From: Saprospiraceae bacterium
Lineage (GTDB): Bacteria > Bacteroidota > Bacteroidia > Chitinophagales > Saprospiraceae
Direction: 5' to 3'
Length of the DNA stretch: 54,103 nucleotides
NCBI GenBank assembly: GCA_035268885.1
Contig: DATFKA010000149.1
Coordinates: forward strand, 1 to 54,103
The notes below the pieces were generated by a model. The model worked only from the letters and a program-made list of their open reading frames with translations, had not been told where the DNA came from and made no database searches. This document shows positions 39,144-48,546 of this stretch, piece after piece. The position numbers and the translations under genes were made by a program. Every line of letters begins with the position of its first letter. Positions within the stretch are counted from its first letter, which is position 1.

Positions 39144-39845
39144 TTAAAGATCCCCCTGGGGCGGTCTGAGTGTGAGCTCTTCGATGAGGGCGGTATCGGG
39201 TAATTTCCAGGTATCAACGACGGCCTGAGCCACGTCTTCTGGCTGCATAATTCGCTTCGGGTCGATATTGGCACCCTCCCAGGAGCGGGTATAAGTAGCT
39301 CCGGGGAGTACGGAGGTTACTTTGACACCTTGCTCTTTCCACTCTTCGCGCAGGGCGCGGCTATAGCCCAAAAGGGCATATTTCGTTACGCTGTAAGACC
39401 CACTACCCGGAAAATACTTCTGACTGGCGACCGAGCAGATATTAAACACGTGCGCTTTTTCTGCCTTAAACAACAAGGGTGCGAGATAGCGGGTAAGTCG
39501 TACCGGACCAAAGAGGTTGACGGCCATCATTTTTTCCAGATTATCTTCGTCTTCCTCCATCATATCTCCCGTATAGAAGAGGCCGGCATTGTTGACCAGT
39601 ACCTCTACGCTGTCCCAGGTCTCCTTTATTTTTTGGGCGAAAGCCTCCACATCATTGGCCTTGCCCAGATCGGCCGGCACCGTGATGATTTGACTTTTGG
39701 GAAAGTTTTTGGCGATGATTTCTTTGGTTTTGATCAGGTCCGCGGCGGTCCGGGCGGTTAAGGCCAGATGGGCTCCTTCGGCAGCGAAGGCCTCTGCCAG
39801 CGCGTACCCCATTCCCTGAGTAGCACCGGTAATGACTACGTTCAT
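39144..39845 (-). CDS. SDR-family NAD(P)-dependent oxidoreductase
   Basis: 233 aa; TGATQGMG, NNAG, YSVTK motifs. Confidence 0.85.
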   Translation of the reverse strand: MNVVITGATQGMGYALAEAFAAEGAHLALTARTAADLIKTKEIIAKNFPKSQIITVPADLGKANDVEAFAQKIKETWDSVEVLVNNAGLFYTGDMMEEDEDNLEKMMAVNLFGPVRLTRYLAPLLFKAEKAHVFNICSVASQKYFPGSGSYSVTKYALLGYSRALREEWKEQGVKVTSVLPGATYTRSWEGANIDPKRIMQPEDVAQAVVDTWKLPDTALIEELTLRPPQGDL

Positions 39846-40008
39846 ATGCTTGGTTTTATTTGTAAAAAATACAAAAAAGGACGGTTAAAGTTTGCTGGCC
39901 GTGCGGAAATGGCGGTTTTTCGGCAAATCGGACAGAATAATTCCGTTTTAGAGCAAACCCATCGGGAAGCCATAATGTTTGTTATCTTTGTGGCGATAAA
40001 ACAAACCT

Positions 40009-40755
40009 ATGCTAATTACTAAGTTTTTGACAGATCTGGGGCGTTACCTGATCATGTTGGGCTCTGGCTTTCAGCGGCCAGAAAATATCCGCATGTACTA
40101 CAAGGAAACCATGCGCCAGATGAACGATATCGGGGTGGGCTCTGCACCGATCGTGGTGATGATTGCCTTGTTTATTGGTGCCGTGACGGCGGTTCAGTTT
40201 GCCTATCAGCTGGATGGCACTCTGGTTCCGGTTTATTATATCGGTTACATTGTACGGGATAGTACCATTATCGAATTAGCCCCCACAATCACCTGCCTCG
40301 TACTGGCGGGTAAAGTCGGCTCCAATATGGCCGCCGAGATCGGTGGTATGCGCCAGAAAGAACACATCGACGCCATGGAAATCATGGGTGTCAATACGGC
40401 TTCCTACCTGGTGATGCCCAAAGTGGTAGCCGCCCTATTTGTCATTCCTTTACTGGTCGCCATCGCTGCTTTCGTCAGTGTGATTGGTGGTTACGTGGCT
40501 GCGGTATTTCCCGGCTATATGTCATCTGCAGAGTACGTACAGGGCGTTCGCTCTTTCTTTTTGGCTTACAACGTCTTTTTAATGTTTCTAAAGGCCATCG
40601 TTTTTGCCTTTTTATTAACTTCCGTGTCTTGTTTTCAGGGCTATTTTGTGACGGGCGGTAGTATTGAGCTGGGAAAGGCGAGTACCAATGCTGTGGTCTT
40701 CAGTAATGTATTGATTTTACTGGCCGATTATCTAATCGCCGTAATCTTTACTTAA
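40009..40755 (+). CDS. mlaE: MlaE/YrbE-family ABC transporter permease
   Basis: 248 aa polytopic; N-terminus and overall layout typical of YrbE/MlaE permeases; followed by ABC ATPase. Confidence 0.8.
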   Translation: MLITKFLTDLGRYLIMLGSGFQRPENIRMYYKETMRQMNDIGVGSAPIVVMIALFIGAVTAVQFAYQLDGTLVPVYYIGYIVRDSTIIELAPTITCLVLAGKVGSNMAAEIGGMRQKEHIDAMEIMGVNTASYLVMPKVVAALFVIPLLVAIAAFVSVIGGYVAAVFPGYMSSAEYVQGVRSFFLAYNVFLMFLKAIVFAFLLTSVSCFQGYFVTGGSIELGKASTNAVVFSNVLILLADYLIAVIFT

Positions 40756-40763
40756 TTTTAATT

Positions 40764-41534
40764 ATGATTCGTACAGAACAGATAAAGAAGTCTTTTGGAG
40801 ACGTTGAGGTGCTAAAGGGCATTGACACCGAGTTTTACCGGGGTAAAACCAACCTGATCATTGGCCGTAGTGGAGCGGGTAAAACCGTATTACTCAAACT
40901 ACTGGTTGGGCTCTTCGAACCCACCTCGGGAGAGATTTACTACGACGATGTCCGTTTTGGGAGTCTATCCAAAAAAGAGCTCCGCAAATTGCGGATGGAC
41001 GTCGGCATGCTTTTCCAGGGCTCTGCCCTTTTTGACTCCATGTCGGTCGAGGAAAATATTCGTTTTCCGCTGGACATGTTTACTAAGCTAACCGCCAAAG
41101 AAAAATCAAAACAAGTAGATTCCTGTCTGGAGCGGGTAAATCTGGAAGGTGTTAATGACCGCTATCCTTCCGAAGTTAGTGGGGGTATGCAGAAGCGCGT
41201 GGGTATCGCCCGGGCCATTGTGCTGGACCCCAAGTACCTTTTCTGCGACGAACCCAACTCGGGACTCGACCCTAAAACAGCCATTGTGATTGATGAACTA
41301 ATTCATCAGATTACCATTGATAATAACATCACCACGGTGATCAATACCCACGATATGAACTCCGTGATGGAGATCGGGGAAAACATCGTTTTGCTCTCCC
41401 AGGGCAAACTAGCCTGGCGAGGGAACAAAGAGGAAGTTCTAAAGAGTGATAATGAATTATTACAGGACTTTATATTCGCCTCTCCGTTTTTGCAGCGCTT
41501 ACGCAAATCGGCGCTAGAAAAGTCGGAGAAATAA
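40764..41534 (+). CDS. mlaF: ABC transporter ATP-binding protein (MlaF-like)
   Basis: 256 aa; Walker A GRSGAGKT, signature SGGMQKRV, Walker B LFCDEP. Confidence 0.85.
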   Translation: MIRTEQIKKSFGDVEVLKGIDTEFYRGKTNLIIGRSGAGKTVLLKLLVGLFEPTSGEIYYDDVRFGSLSKKELRKLRMDVGMLFQGSALFDSMSVEENIRFPLDMFTKLTAKEKSKQVDSCLERVNLEGVNDRYPSEVSGGMQKRVGIARAIVLDPKYLFCDEPNSGLDPKTAIVIDELIHQITIDNNITTVINTHDMNSVMEIGENIVLLSQGKLAWRGNKEEVLKSDNELLQDFIFASPFLQRLRKSALEKSEK

Positions 41535-41599
41535 AGTCCCGGGGGGTTGAAATATCGTTGAAAAGCCGGTATATTTGCCGAGCTTCTAAAAAGTACCCT

Positions 41600-41683
41600 G
41601 CCCGGGTGCTGGAATTGGTAGACAGGCATGGTTGAGGGCCATGTGTCCTTTTGGGCGTGCGGGTTCGACTCCCGCTCCGGGCA
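41600..41683 (+). tRNA. tRNA-Leu (anticodon GAG), class II with long variable arm
   Basis: Cloverleaf folded by hand: acceptor GCCCGGG/TCCGGGC, D-arm with GGTAGA, anticodon stem CATGG/CCATG with loop TTGAGGG, variable-arm hairpin, T-arm GCGGG-TTCGACT-CCCGC, discriminator A; CCA not encoded. Confidence 0.85.
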
Positions 41684-41738
41684 CTTTCAAGTATCATGTG
41701 GTCGTGTTTCACTTGATCATCTGTTCTATAAAGCTCTC

Positions 41739-42152
41739 TTAGTGTTTGCGCTTTTGCTTTTCTTTTCTCCTGATTATTTCTTGCTGAATCATTTTACCCA
41801 CCATATCCAGGTGTCCCTTGCCGGGAAACAGCCAGCGCATAAGAAACATTCCTACAAAAAAGGAGACCAGGGAAAAAGGAAAGAAAAACAAGAAAACCAG
41901 GCCCAGAATGGGCAATCCTATCAAATCCAATACCAACCAGATGCAGAGCCAGGCGGGAGCCAGAGCGGCCATCCGAATCCAGGCCTTATGCAAGCGGTGA
42001 AAATAGTGATTCTTCACTTCCCACTGACCTTTTAACCGGATCAGTTGAGCCGTCGTAAAATATTCCGCGCCGGTAGAAAGCAGAAAGGACAGTTCATCCT
42101 CTGCCTTAGACTCCATTTCGGTCAGCGTCTTATTTAAGTTATGCTCTTCCAT
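41739..42152 (-). CDS. hypothetical membrane protein
   Basis: 137 aa; soluble N-terminal part then two TM helices and a basic C-terminus. Confidence 0.45.
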   Translation of the reverse strand: MEEHNLNKTLTEMESKAEDELSFLLSTGAEYFTTAQLIRLKGQWEVKNHYFHRLHKAWIRMAALAPAWLCIWLVLDLIGLPILGLVFLFFFPFSLVSFFVGMFLMRWLFPGKGHLDMVGKMIQQEIIRRKEKQKRKH

Positions 42153-42388
42153 GAAAAGTATGAATTCAAGAATTAATGTACAATAAATATCAATATTTAG
42201 CTCGATATCAGTGACTTAATTTCATCGGGAGCTCAAAAATGAGACACCAATGACTTTGCGTCGGGCGAAATGCGCCCGTTACTTCTAAAAAAATACCCGT
42301 TTCGTCTGATTCAGCAGCAAGTTTGCACAGATATATATACTTTTGAAACGTTCTTTAAGAATTCACATTTTGAAAGCCTTTATCCTAC

Positions 42389-43204
42389 ATGTCTAAGCTA
42401 ACACAAGTAAAAGAACACTACCAGCAATTGCTCTACGCGCTATACACCTATCCGCAGGCAACGCTGTTCATTATCCGTCACAAACTCTGGGATGGCTTCT
42501 GGAAGTACAGCTGGGTGGGTCGCCTACTCTTATTAGCGGCGATCCTGGTGGGGCTCAAGTTTATCCATTCGATCACCGACTGGTTTCAGTCAGCACAAGT
42601 AGAAGATCCACTCGCGGCGATGAGTGCCGCCGGCACAATGTTTGTCAAAGTACTCAGCGACGAATACGAGTACCTGTCAAATGGCTCTATGCGCTATCTG
42701 ATGATGATTCTGCTGGAGATTGTCATCTTCCACATGTGCCGTCGTACGATCAGTATACTTACCGGGCAGGATTCCGACGCCAGTATGAAGGCCTTTATTG
42801 TTGCCCAGGTCCGAATGATCAAGGTCGTTATCTTTTGTTATGTTATGGAGATGATCTTCGGGATAGGAATTAAAGTATTCTTCGGAATTTTTGGATTTAT
42901 TGACTTCTTAAAGCCCGTCTTTTTATTTTTAATCAGCCTCTTCTTTTTAGGGTACGCCATCATGGATAACTACCTGGAGCAATTCAATTTCACGATCAAA
43001 GAGAGCATGAAATTCAGCAAACAATTCATTGGTATTGCGCTAGGTGTGGGGCTAATCATCCAGGTTTTGTTTTTGTTGCCGGTGGTGGGAACCATCCTCG
43101 GTCCGATGCTAGCGGCCGTAACGGTGTCGATTGCCCTGTACGAACTGACGGATTTACACCTCAACAGGCCCGAACCGACAATAATCGAGGAGGACTTAGT
43201 GTGA
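42389..43204 (+). CDS. hypothetical polytopic membrane protein (EI24/CysZ-like topology?)
   Basis: 271 aa with about 5 hydrophobic helices; no secure family assignment. Confidence 0.45.
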   Translation: MSKLTQVKEHYQQLLYALYTYPQATLFIIRHKLWDGFWKYSWVGRLLLLAAILVGLKFIHSITDWFQSAQVEDPLAAMSAAGTMFVKVLSDEYEYLSNGSMRYLMMILLEIVIFHMCRRTISILTGQDSDASMKAFIVAQVRMIKVVIFCYVMEMIFGIGIKVFFGIFGFIDFLKPVFLFLISLFFLGYAIMDNYLEQFNFTIKESMKFSKQFIGIALGVGLIIQVLFLLPVVGTILGPMLAAVTVSIALYELTDLHLNRPEPTIIEEDLV

Positions 43205-43293
43205 GGAAGTTCTACACTTTTTGTATGTTTGTCTAAGAAGCTGAACGCAGGATTTGCGATCAGTACTTTATTACTATCTCAAGACAAACCAAT

Positions 43294-45195
43294 ATGAGTA
43301 CCGTCTTACACCATAGCCTATTTTCCGAATTCGATATTTATCTTTTTAAGTCAGGCAAGCACTACCGTATACAGGACAAGCTGGGTAGCCACCTCATCGA
43401 GGTCGATGGGGTCAAGGGGGTCTATTTTGCGGTCTGGGCACCCAACGCGAAGTTTGTCTCCGTCATCGGTAATTTTAATTACTGGAGTAAGGGCGAGCAT
43501 CCCTTGGCAGCCCGCTGGGATGGTTCCGGTATCTGGGAAGGTTTCATTCCCAATATTGGCAATGGAGAACTGTACAAATACCATATCGAAAGCCCATCGG
43601 GCGAACACCTGGAAAAAGGAGACCCCTATGCCCGCTTCTGGGAAGTCCCCCCGAGTACCGCTTCCATTGTTTGGGAGGCGCCCTACGAATGGAAGGATAA
43701 AAAATGGCTCGAGAAACGAAAAGCAAAGGCGGGTCAGCCGCAGCCCTATTCCGTCTACGAAGTCCACCTGGGTAGCTGGCGCAAAAAGGAAGGTGGCGCC
43801 GAATCTTTGAGTTACCGCGAGTTGGCCGATGACCTGGTCACTTACGTAAAAGAAATGGGCTTTACGCATATTGAATTTCTACCCGTTATGGAACACCCCT
43901 TCTTTCCTTCCTGGGGTTATCAGCTAACGGGTTATTTTGCACCGACCTCTCGCTTTGGTACGCCCGAAGATTTTAAGTACTTGGTTGATGCCTGCCATCA
44001 GGCCGGTATCGGTGTCCTGGTAGACTGGGTACCTTCCCATTTTCCAACCGACGCCCACGGCCTGTCCATGTTTGATGGTACTCATCTTTATGAACACGAA
44101 GATCCCAAGCAGGGCTTTCATCCCGACTGGAAAAGCTCTATCTTTAACTACGGCCGCAATGAGGTACGCAATTTCCTGATTTCCAATGCCCTGTTCTGGT
44201 TAGAAGAATACCATATTGATGGCCTGCGGGTCGACGCCGTCGCCTCCATGCTCTATCTGGACTATTCCCGCGAAGAGGGCGAATGGGTCCCCAATGAGCA
44301 CGGCGGTAACGAGAACCTCGAAGCCATCGCCTTTCTCCGTGAATTTAACGAAAACATCTATAAAGAAGTCCCCGACGCTATTACCATTGCCGAGGAATCA
44401 ACGGCCTGGTCGGGTGTATCCCGTCCCACCTTTACGGGGGGCTTAGGCTTTGGCCAAAAATGGATGATGGGCTGGATGCACGATACCCTCAATTATTTCA
44501 AGCGGGATCCGATCTACCGGAAATACCACCACGGAGAAATCACCTTCAGTCTGATCTACGCTTTTACCGAAAACTTTATGCTGCCCCTGTCGCACGACGA
44601 AGTGGTACACGGAAAAGGGGCCCTGATCGGGCGTATGCCGGGCGACGACTGGCAGCGTTTTGCCAACTTGCGTCTGCTATTTGGTTACATGTTTACCCAC
44701 CCGGGGACCAAGTTACTCTTTATGGGTGGCGAATTTGGGCAGACCAGCGAATGGAATATCGAAAAAGGCCTGGAATGGTGGTTATTGGATCACGCCCCCC
44801 ACCAGGGGGTCCGCGACTGGGTAAAAGCCCTCAACGACTATTACCGCAGCTCCAAACCACTCTACGAAAAACAATTTGAAAACGAAGGCTTTGAGTGGAT
44901 TGACCACGGTGACGCCGAGAATAGCTTCCTTTCTTTTCTCCGTAAGGGAGAAGATAGCGAGATCGTTATCGCCTGCAACTTCACCCCGACGCCCAAGTGG
45001 CCCTACCGACTGGGGGTACCATCCGGTGGCGTCTGGAAAGAGGTCATGAACAGTGATGCCAAAATCTACGGAGGCACCGGCGACCACATGAACAGTAAAC
45101 ATAAAGCGACCGAAGGCGAGTGGGCCGGACGATCGCATTATATCGAAATCGCCATGGCACCACTCGCCATCATGGTCTTTGAAAAAGTAAAATAA
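43294..45195 (+). CDS. glgB: 1,4-alpha-glucan branching enzyme (GH13)
   Basis: 633 aa; N-terminal CBM48-like region (VYFAVWAPNA), GH13 catalytic regions (GLRVDAVASMLY, EESTAWSG, LSHDEVVHGK). Confidence 0.92.
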   Translation: MSTVLHHSLFSEFDIYLFKSGKHYRIQDKLGSHLIEVDGVKGVYFAVWAPNAKFVSVIGNFNYWSKGEHPLAARWDGSGIWEGFIPNIGNGELYKYHIESPSGEHLEKGDPYARFWEVPPSTASIVWEAPYEWKDKKWLEKRKAKAGQPQPYSVYEVHLGSWRKKEGGAESLSYRELADDLVTYVKEMGFTHIEFLPVMEHPFFPSWGYQLTGYFAPTSRFGTPEDFKYLVDACHQAGIGVLVDWVPSHFPTDAHGLSMFDGTHLYEHEDPKQGFHPDWKSSIFNYGRNEVRNFLISNALFWLEEYHIDGLRVDAVASMLYLDYSREEGEWVPNEHGGNENLEAIAFLREFNENIYKEVPDAITIAEESTAWSGVSRPTFTGGLGFGQKWMMGWMHDTLNYFKRDPIYRKYHHGEITFSLIYAFTENFMLPLSHDEVVHGKGALIGRMPGDDWQRFANLRLLFGYMFTHPGTKLLFMGGEFGQTSEWNIEKGLEWWLLDHAPHQGVRDWVKALNDYYRSSKPLYEKQFENEGFEWIDHGDAENSFLSFLRKGEDSEIVIACNFTPTPKWPYRLGVPSGGVWKEVMNSDAKIYGGTGDHMNSKHKATEGEWAGRSHYIEIAMAPLAIMVFEKVK

Positions 45196-45212
45196 ATATT
45201 TTCGACCAATTA

Positions 45213-47108
45213 TTACTTCTTCTCCGCCGTCAGCGGCATTTTCATATCGCGGGCGGAGCGTACCATTTTCAGGAATTCGATGCGGTAACCCTCCTGGTCT
45301 TTGCCTTTGGCACTACGCGCCAGGGCCAATACCTCATCGAAGGTGGTCGTTCCTTTAAATTCCGAATCGCGCAGTAGCATACCAAATCCGGCAACGGCCG
45401 CTGACCAGCGGAAGTTATCCGAGCTCTTATCCAGGGCAATGGGTTTGGCTGCCTGGACGTGCTCCAATTTGGTACTCTTATTACCATCCGGCTGCTTGTA
45501 GCGCAACTTAACGGTCATCAACTCTCCGTTTTTCCAAGCACTATTCGTCGTCTGCTCCTGATACTTCAGAGCATCAACGGACTTCAGCACCTCGCTTTTG
45601 CTACCCGCCGGAATAATTTCGTAGAGTGCGGTCACCGTATGTCCCGCCCCCAGCTCGCCGGCATCTTTTTTATCGTCGTTGAAATCTTCATTATTCAACA
45701 AGCGGTTTTCGTAACCGATCAGGCGGTAGCCCTGTACGTAAGCGGGATTAAATTCTAGCTGTAGTTTGACGTCTTTGGCGATGGTAAACATGGTTCCCCC
45801 AAATTCGGTGACCAGTACTTTACGAGCTTCCTCGATATTATCGATGTAAGCGTGGTTGCCATTACCGTGCTTAGCCAGTTTCTGCATCTTATTGTCCTTA
45901 TAGTTGCCCATTCCAAAACCAAGAACGGTCAGGAAAACGCCACTTTCGCGTTCTTCTTCGATCATCCGAACCAGTTCCGCATCGCTGGACTGCCCGACGT
46001 TGAAGTCCCCATCAGTCGCTAAAATAACGCGGTTATTTCCACCCTTCACAAAGTGCTTACGAGCAATCTGGTAGGCCTTTTTAATACCCGCACCACCGGC
46101 GGTAGACCCGCCGGCTTCCAGCCGTTGCAGAGCACTCATGATGTCTTGCTTTTTGTCGCCAGACGTAGCATCCAGCACCACCCCGGAAGAACCGGCGTAC
46201 ACGACGATGGCTACCTTATCCTGCGGACGCATTTGATCCGTCAATAATTTAAAGGAAGATTTCAGTAAGGGGAGCTTATTGGCCGCGTTCATACTGCCGG
46301 AGACATCCAGGAGAAATACCAGATTCGAAGCAGGCAGATCGTCGGTGGGGATCTCTTTACCCTGCAGACCGATGTGCAACAACTGATGATCCGCATTCCA
46401 GGGGCAATCCGAGAGTTCGGTGGTCACCGAAAAAGGATGCTCTGCCCGGGGCGCTTCGTAATCGTAATTAAAATAATTGATCATCTCTTCGATGCGCACA
46501 GCATCCCTGGGGGGCAAACTTCCATTATTGACGAAGCGTCGCAGGTTACTGTAGGAAGCCGCATCCACGTCGATTGAGAAAGTAGAAAGAGGCTCGTCTT
46601 TAACGGCCAGGAAAGTGTTTTCCTGGATGAGGTCGTAGTCTTCGGTATTATGAACCACCCCGGCATCCGAGTAACCAGCGGGAGTGTAACTGGGTGCGGC
46701 CATCAAGGCTCCGCCGTTCATCCGGTTGGAGCGGAAGTTGGCAACAGCTCTCTTTTTCTGAACACTATAGCCCGTCACTACGACTTCATCCATGACGACC
46801 TCACTAGCCTTCAGTTGGAAGCGAAAAGCTTTTTGTTGGTAACAAACCTTTTCCTGCATGATGGGCTCGAATCCAGTATACGTAATATTGATACGGGCAC
46901 AAGAGTCGGGTATCATCAAGGTGAAAGTACCGTCGATGTTGGTCACGGCACCCTGGGTAGTGCGATCGATGAGTATAGAGGCACCCATCAGGGACTGCCC
47001 CTGCTCGTCGATCACTTTCCCTTTGATCTGGTATTGGGCATGGGATAAGTTGGGTAGCGAGAAACTCGCCAGTACGCTAAGGCAAAAAATCAATAAGCAA
47101 TTTTTCAT
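45213..47108 (-). CDS. YfbK-like secreted von Willebrand factor A protein (CarbopepD_reg-like N-domain + VWA + DUF3520-like C-terminus)
   Basis: 631 aa; signal peptide; MIDAS motif LLDVSGSM; domain order typical of the YfbK family. Confidence 0.75.
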   Translation of the reverse strand: MKNCLLIFCLSVLASFSLPNLSHAQYQIKGKVIDEQGQSLMGASILIDRTTQGAVTNIDGTFTLMIPDSCARINITYTGFEPIMQEKVCYQQKAFRFQLKASEVVMDEVVVTGYSVQKKRAVANFRSNRMNGGALMAAPSYTPAGYSDAGVVHNTEDYDLIQENTFLAVKDEPLSTFSIDVDAASYSNLRRFVNNGSLPPRDAVRIEEMINYFNYDYEAPRAEHPFSVTTELSDCPWNADHQLLHIGLQGKEIPTDDLPASNLVFLLDVSGSMNAANKLPLLKSSFKLLTDQMRPQDKVAIVVYAGSSGVVLDATSGDKKQDIMSALQRLEAGGSTAGGAGIKKAYQIARKHFVKGGNNRVILATDGDFNVGQSSDAELVRMIEEERESGVFLTVLGFGMGNYKDNKMQKLAKHGNGNHAYIDNIEEARKVLVTEFGGTMFTIAKDVKLQLEFNPAYVQGYRLIGYENRLLNNEDFNDDKKDAGELGAGHTVTALYEIIPAGSKSEVLKSVDALKYQEQTTNSAWKNGELMTVKLRYKQPDGNKSTKLEHVQAAKPIALDKSSDNFRWSAAVAGFGMLLRDSEFKGTTTFDEVLALARSAKGKDQEGYRIEFLKMVRSARDMKMPLTAEKK

Positions 47109-47242
47109 GATGAACTGGTTTTTGCCCTATGGATGCCAGTCGTCTAAAAATTGCATAAAAGTTTTTGATTTTTTTTCAAAAGGACCGTTTAGGCGAAGCA
47201 GGAGCTTCGACCCCAAAAACACACTTGATCAGCCCCCTAAAA

Positions 47243-47890
47243 CTAGGCTAAATAATACGCCTCCAGAATCTGCAAGAGTTCAGCCGGTGAATGCGCCAGA
47301 TGATTGGGCCCCGCTTCGGCCAGCACTTCGGCGCTATTGAAGCCCCAACTGACGGAGACGATGGGCATACCGATGCGCCGGCAGGCCACGATATCCCGAA
47401 CCTCATCTCCTACGTATACGGCTTCCTTTGCCTCTAGTTGATGCTTTCGCAACAGGCGTTGCAGTTTGCGGTGTTTTTTAAACAGGGAAGTCCCCGCGTA
47501 GACGCCCTCGAACAGATCTAATTTATACTGCTCAATGACGAAATCTACCGCCGGTCGGATATTGGAGGTCAGGACATAGAGTTGTGCTTTTTGGTACAGT
47601 GCGCGAAGCATCTCATCGATGCCTTCGTTTAGCTCCAGCTTGCTCATGTGGGGAATGAGTTGCTTTTTGAGTGCCCGCAGGTAAATAGGAAACTGGTACC
47701 AGCGCAGACCCAGATCTTCTTTTATTAATTGTTTGACGCCCCGGGCGCGAATGTATTCCGTATCTTCAAAGGCGGGGTAAGAAAAGCGGTCCGCCAACTG
47801 GTTGACGCCTTCGAGGCCTAGCAGCAGAGAATCAACCAGCGTACCGTCAAAATCAAAGATGATTGCTTTCATGGATGCATTTCGGGTCAT
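47243..47890 (-). CDS. HAD-superfamily hydrolase (subfamily IA, phosphatase-like)
   Basis: KAIIFDFDGTLVDS motif I near N-terminus; start may be the internal Met at 47872. Confidence 0.8.
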   Translation of the reverse strand: MTRNASMKAIIFDFDGTLVDSLLLGLEGVNQLADRFSYPAFEDTEYIRARGVKQLIKEDLGLRWYQFPIYLRALKKQLIPHMSKLELNEGIDEMLRALYQKAQLYVLTSNIRPAVDFVIEQYKLDLFEGVYAGTSLFKKHRKLQRLLRKHQLEAKEAVYVGDEVRDIVACRRIGMPIVSVSWGFNSAEVLAEAGPNHLAHSPAELLQILEAYYLA

Positions 47891-47964
47891 TGGGTTGAAA
47901 TTAACAATTATCTGGATATAAATTGCTTACCTTAGTCGGTGAACTTAAGCATTGACCCGTTTTT

Positions 47965-48546
47965 ATGCGTTTCAGGCCCAAAAAAGAGAAATCAGATGCG
48001 GAACTGCTCGCCCTATATCTAAAAAAAGACGATATGGAGGTGCTGGGGCAGCTGTACGAACGCTACCTGGAGATGGTCTACGGTCTATGCCTAAAATACC
48101 TCTCTTCTCCGGAAAACGCCGAAGATGCTGCCATGGCAATCTTTGAGCAGCTCCCTGCTAAGGTAAACAAGCAAGAGATTCAGGACTTTCGTCCCTGGCT
48201 ATACGTCGTGGCTAAAAATCACTGCCTGATGCAGCTGCGCAAAAAGAAAAACAAACAAGTAATCGTGGCCGATCGTATGCAATCGGAAGACTTCGTGCAT
48301 CCTTTTAGCGAAAGCGATAAAGAAAAACAGGAACAGCAATTCGAAAAACTCGAACACTGCCTGGAGACCCTGAATCGCCAACAAAAGACCTGTGTAGAAC
48401 TGTTCTACCTACAGGAACGTACTTATAAAGAAATTGCGGAGCAGCTCAGCTGGACGGTCGGCAAGGTGCGATCCCACATTCAAAACGGACGAAGAAATTT
48501 AAAAAATTGTATAGAAGCATTAATTGCCAAAAAAGATGAAAAGTAG
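47965..48546 (+). CDS. RNA polymerase ECF-type sigma-70 factor
   Basis: 193 aa; region 2 (PWLYVVAKNHCLMQLRKK) and region 4 HTH (YKEIAEQLSWTVGKVRSHIQNGRRNLK). Confidence 0.8.
   Translation: MRFRPKKEKSDAELLALYLKKDDMEVLGQLYERYLEMVYGLCLKYLSSPENAEDAAMAIFEQLPAKVNKQEIQDFRPWLYVVAKNHCLMQLRKKKNKQVIVADRMQSEDFVHPFSESDKEKQEQQFEKLEHCLETLNRQQKTCVELFYLQERTYKEIAEQLSWTVGKVRSHIQNGRRNLKNCIEALIAKKDEK

Noticed and set aside
39846-40008. Partial palindrome gtttgtt...aacaaac immediately upstream of mlaE as an operator
   Set aside because: Only the outer 7 bp are symmetric; the inner part is not. Too weak to call a site.
41628-42035. 135-aa plus-strand ORF starting inside tRNA-Leu
   Set aside because: Overlaps a confidently folded tRNA and the opposite-strand membrane protein gene; low-complexity K/E/Q-rich product.
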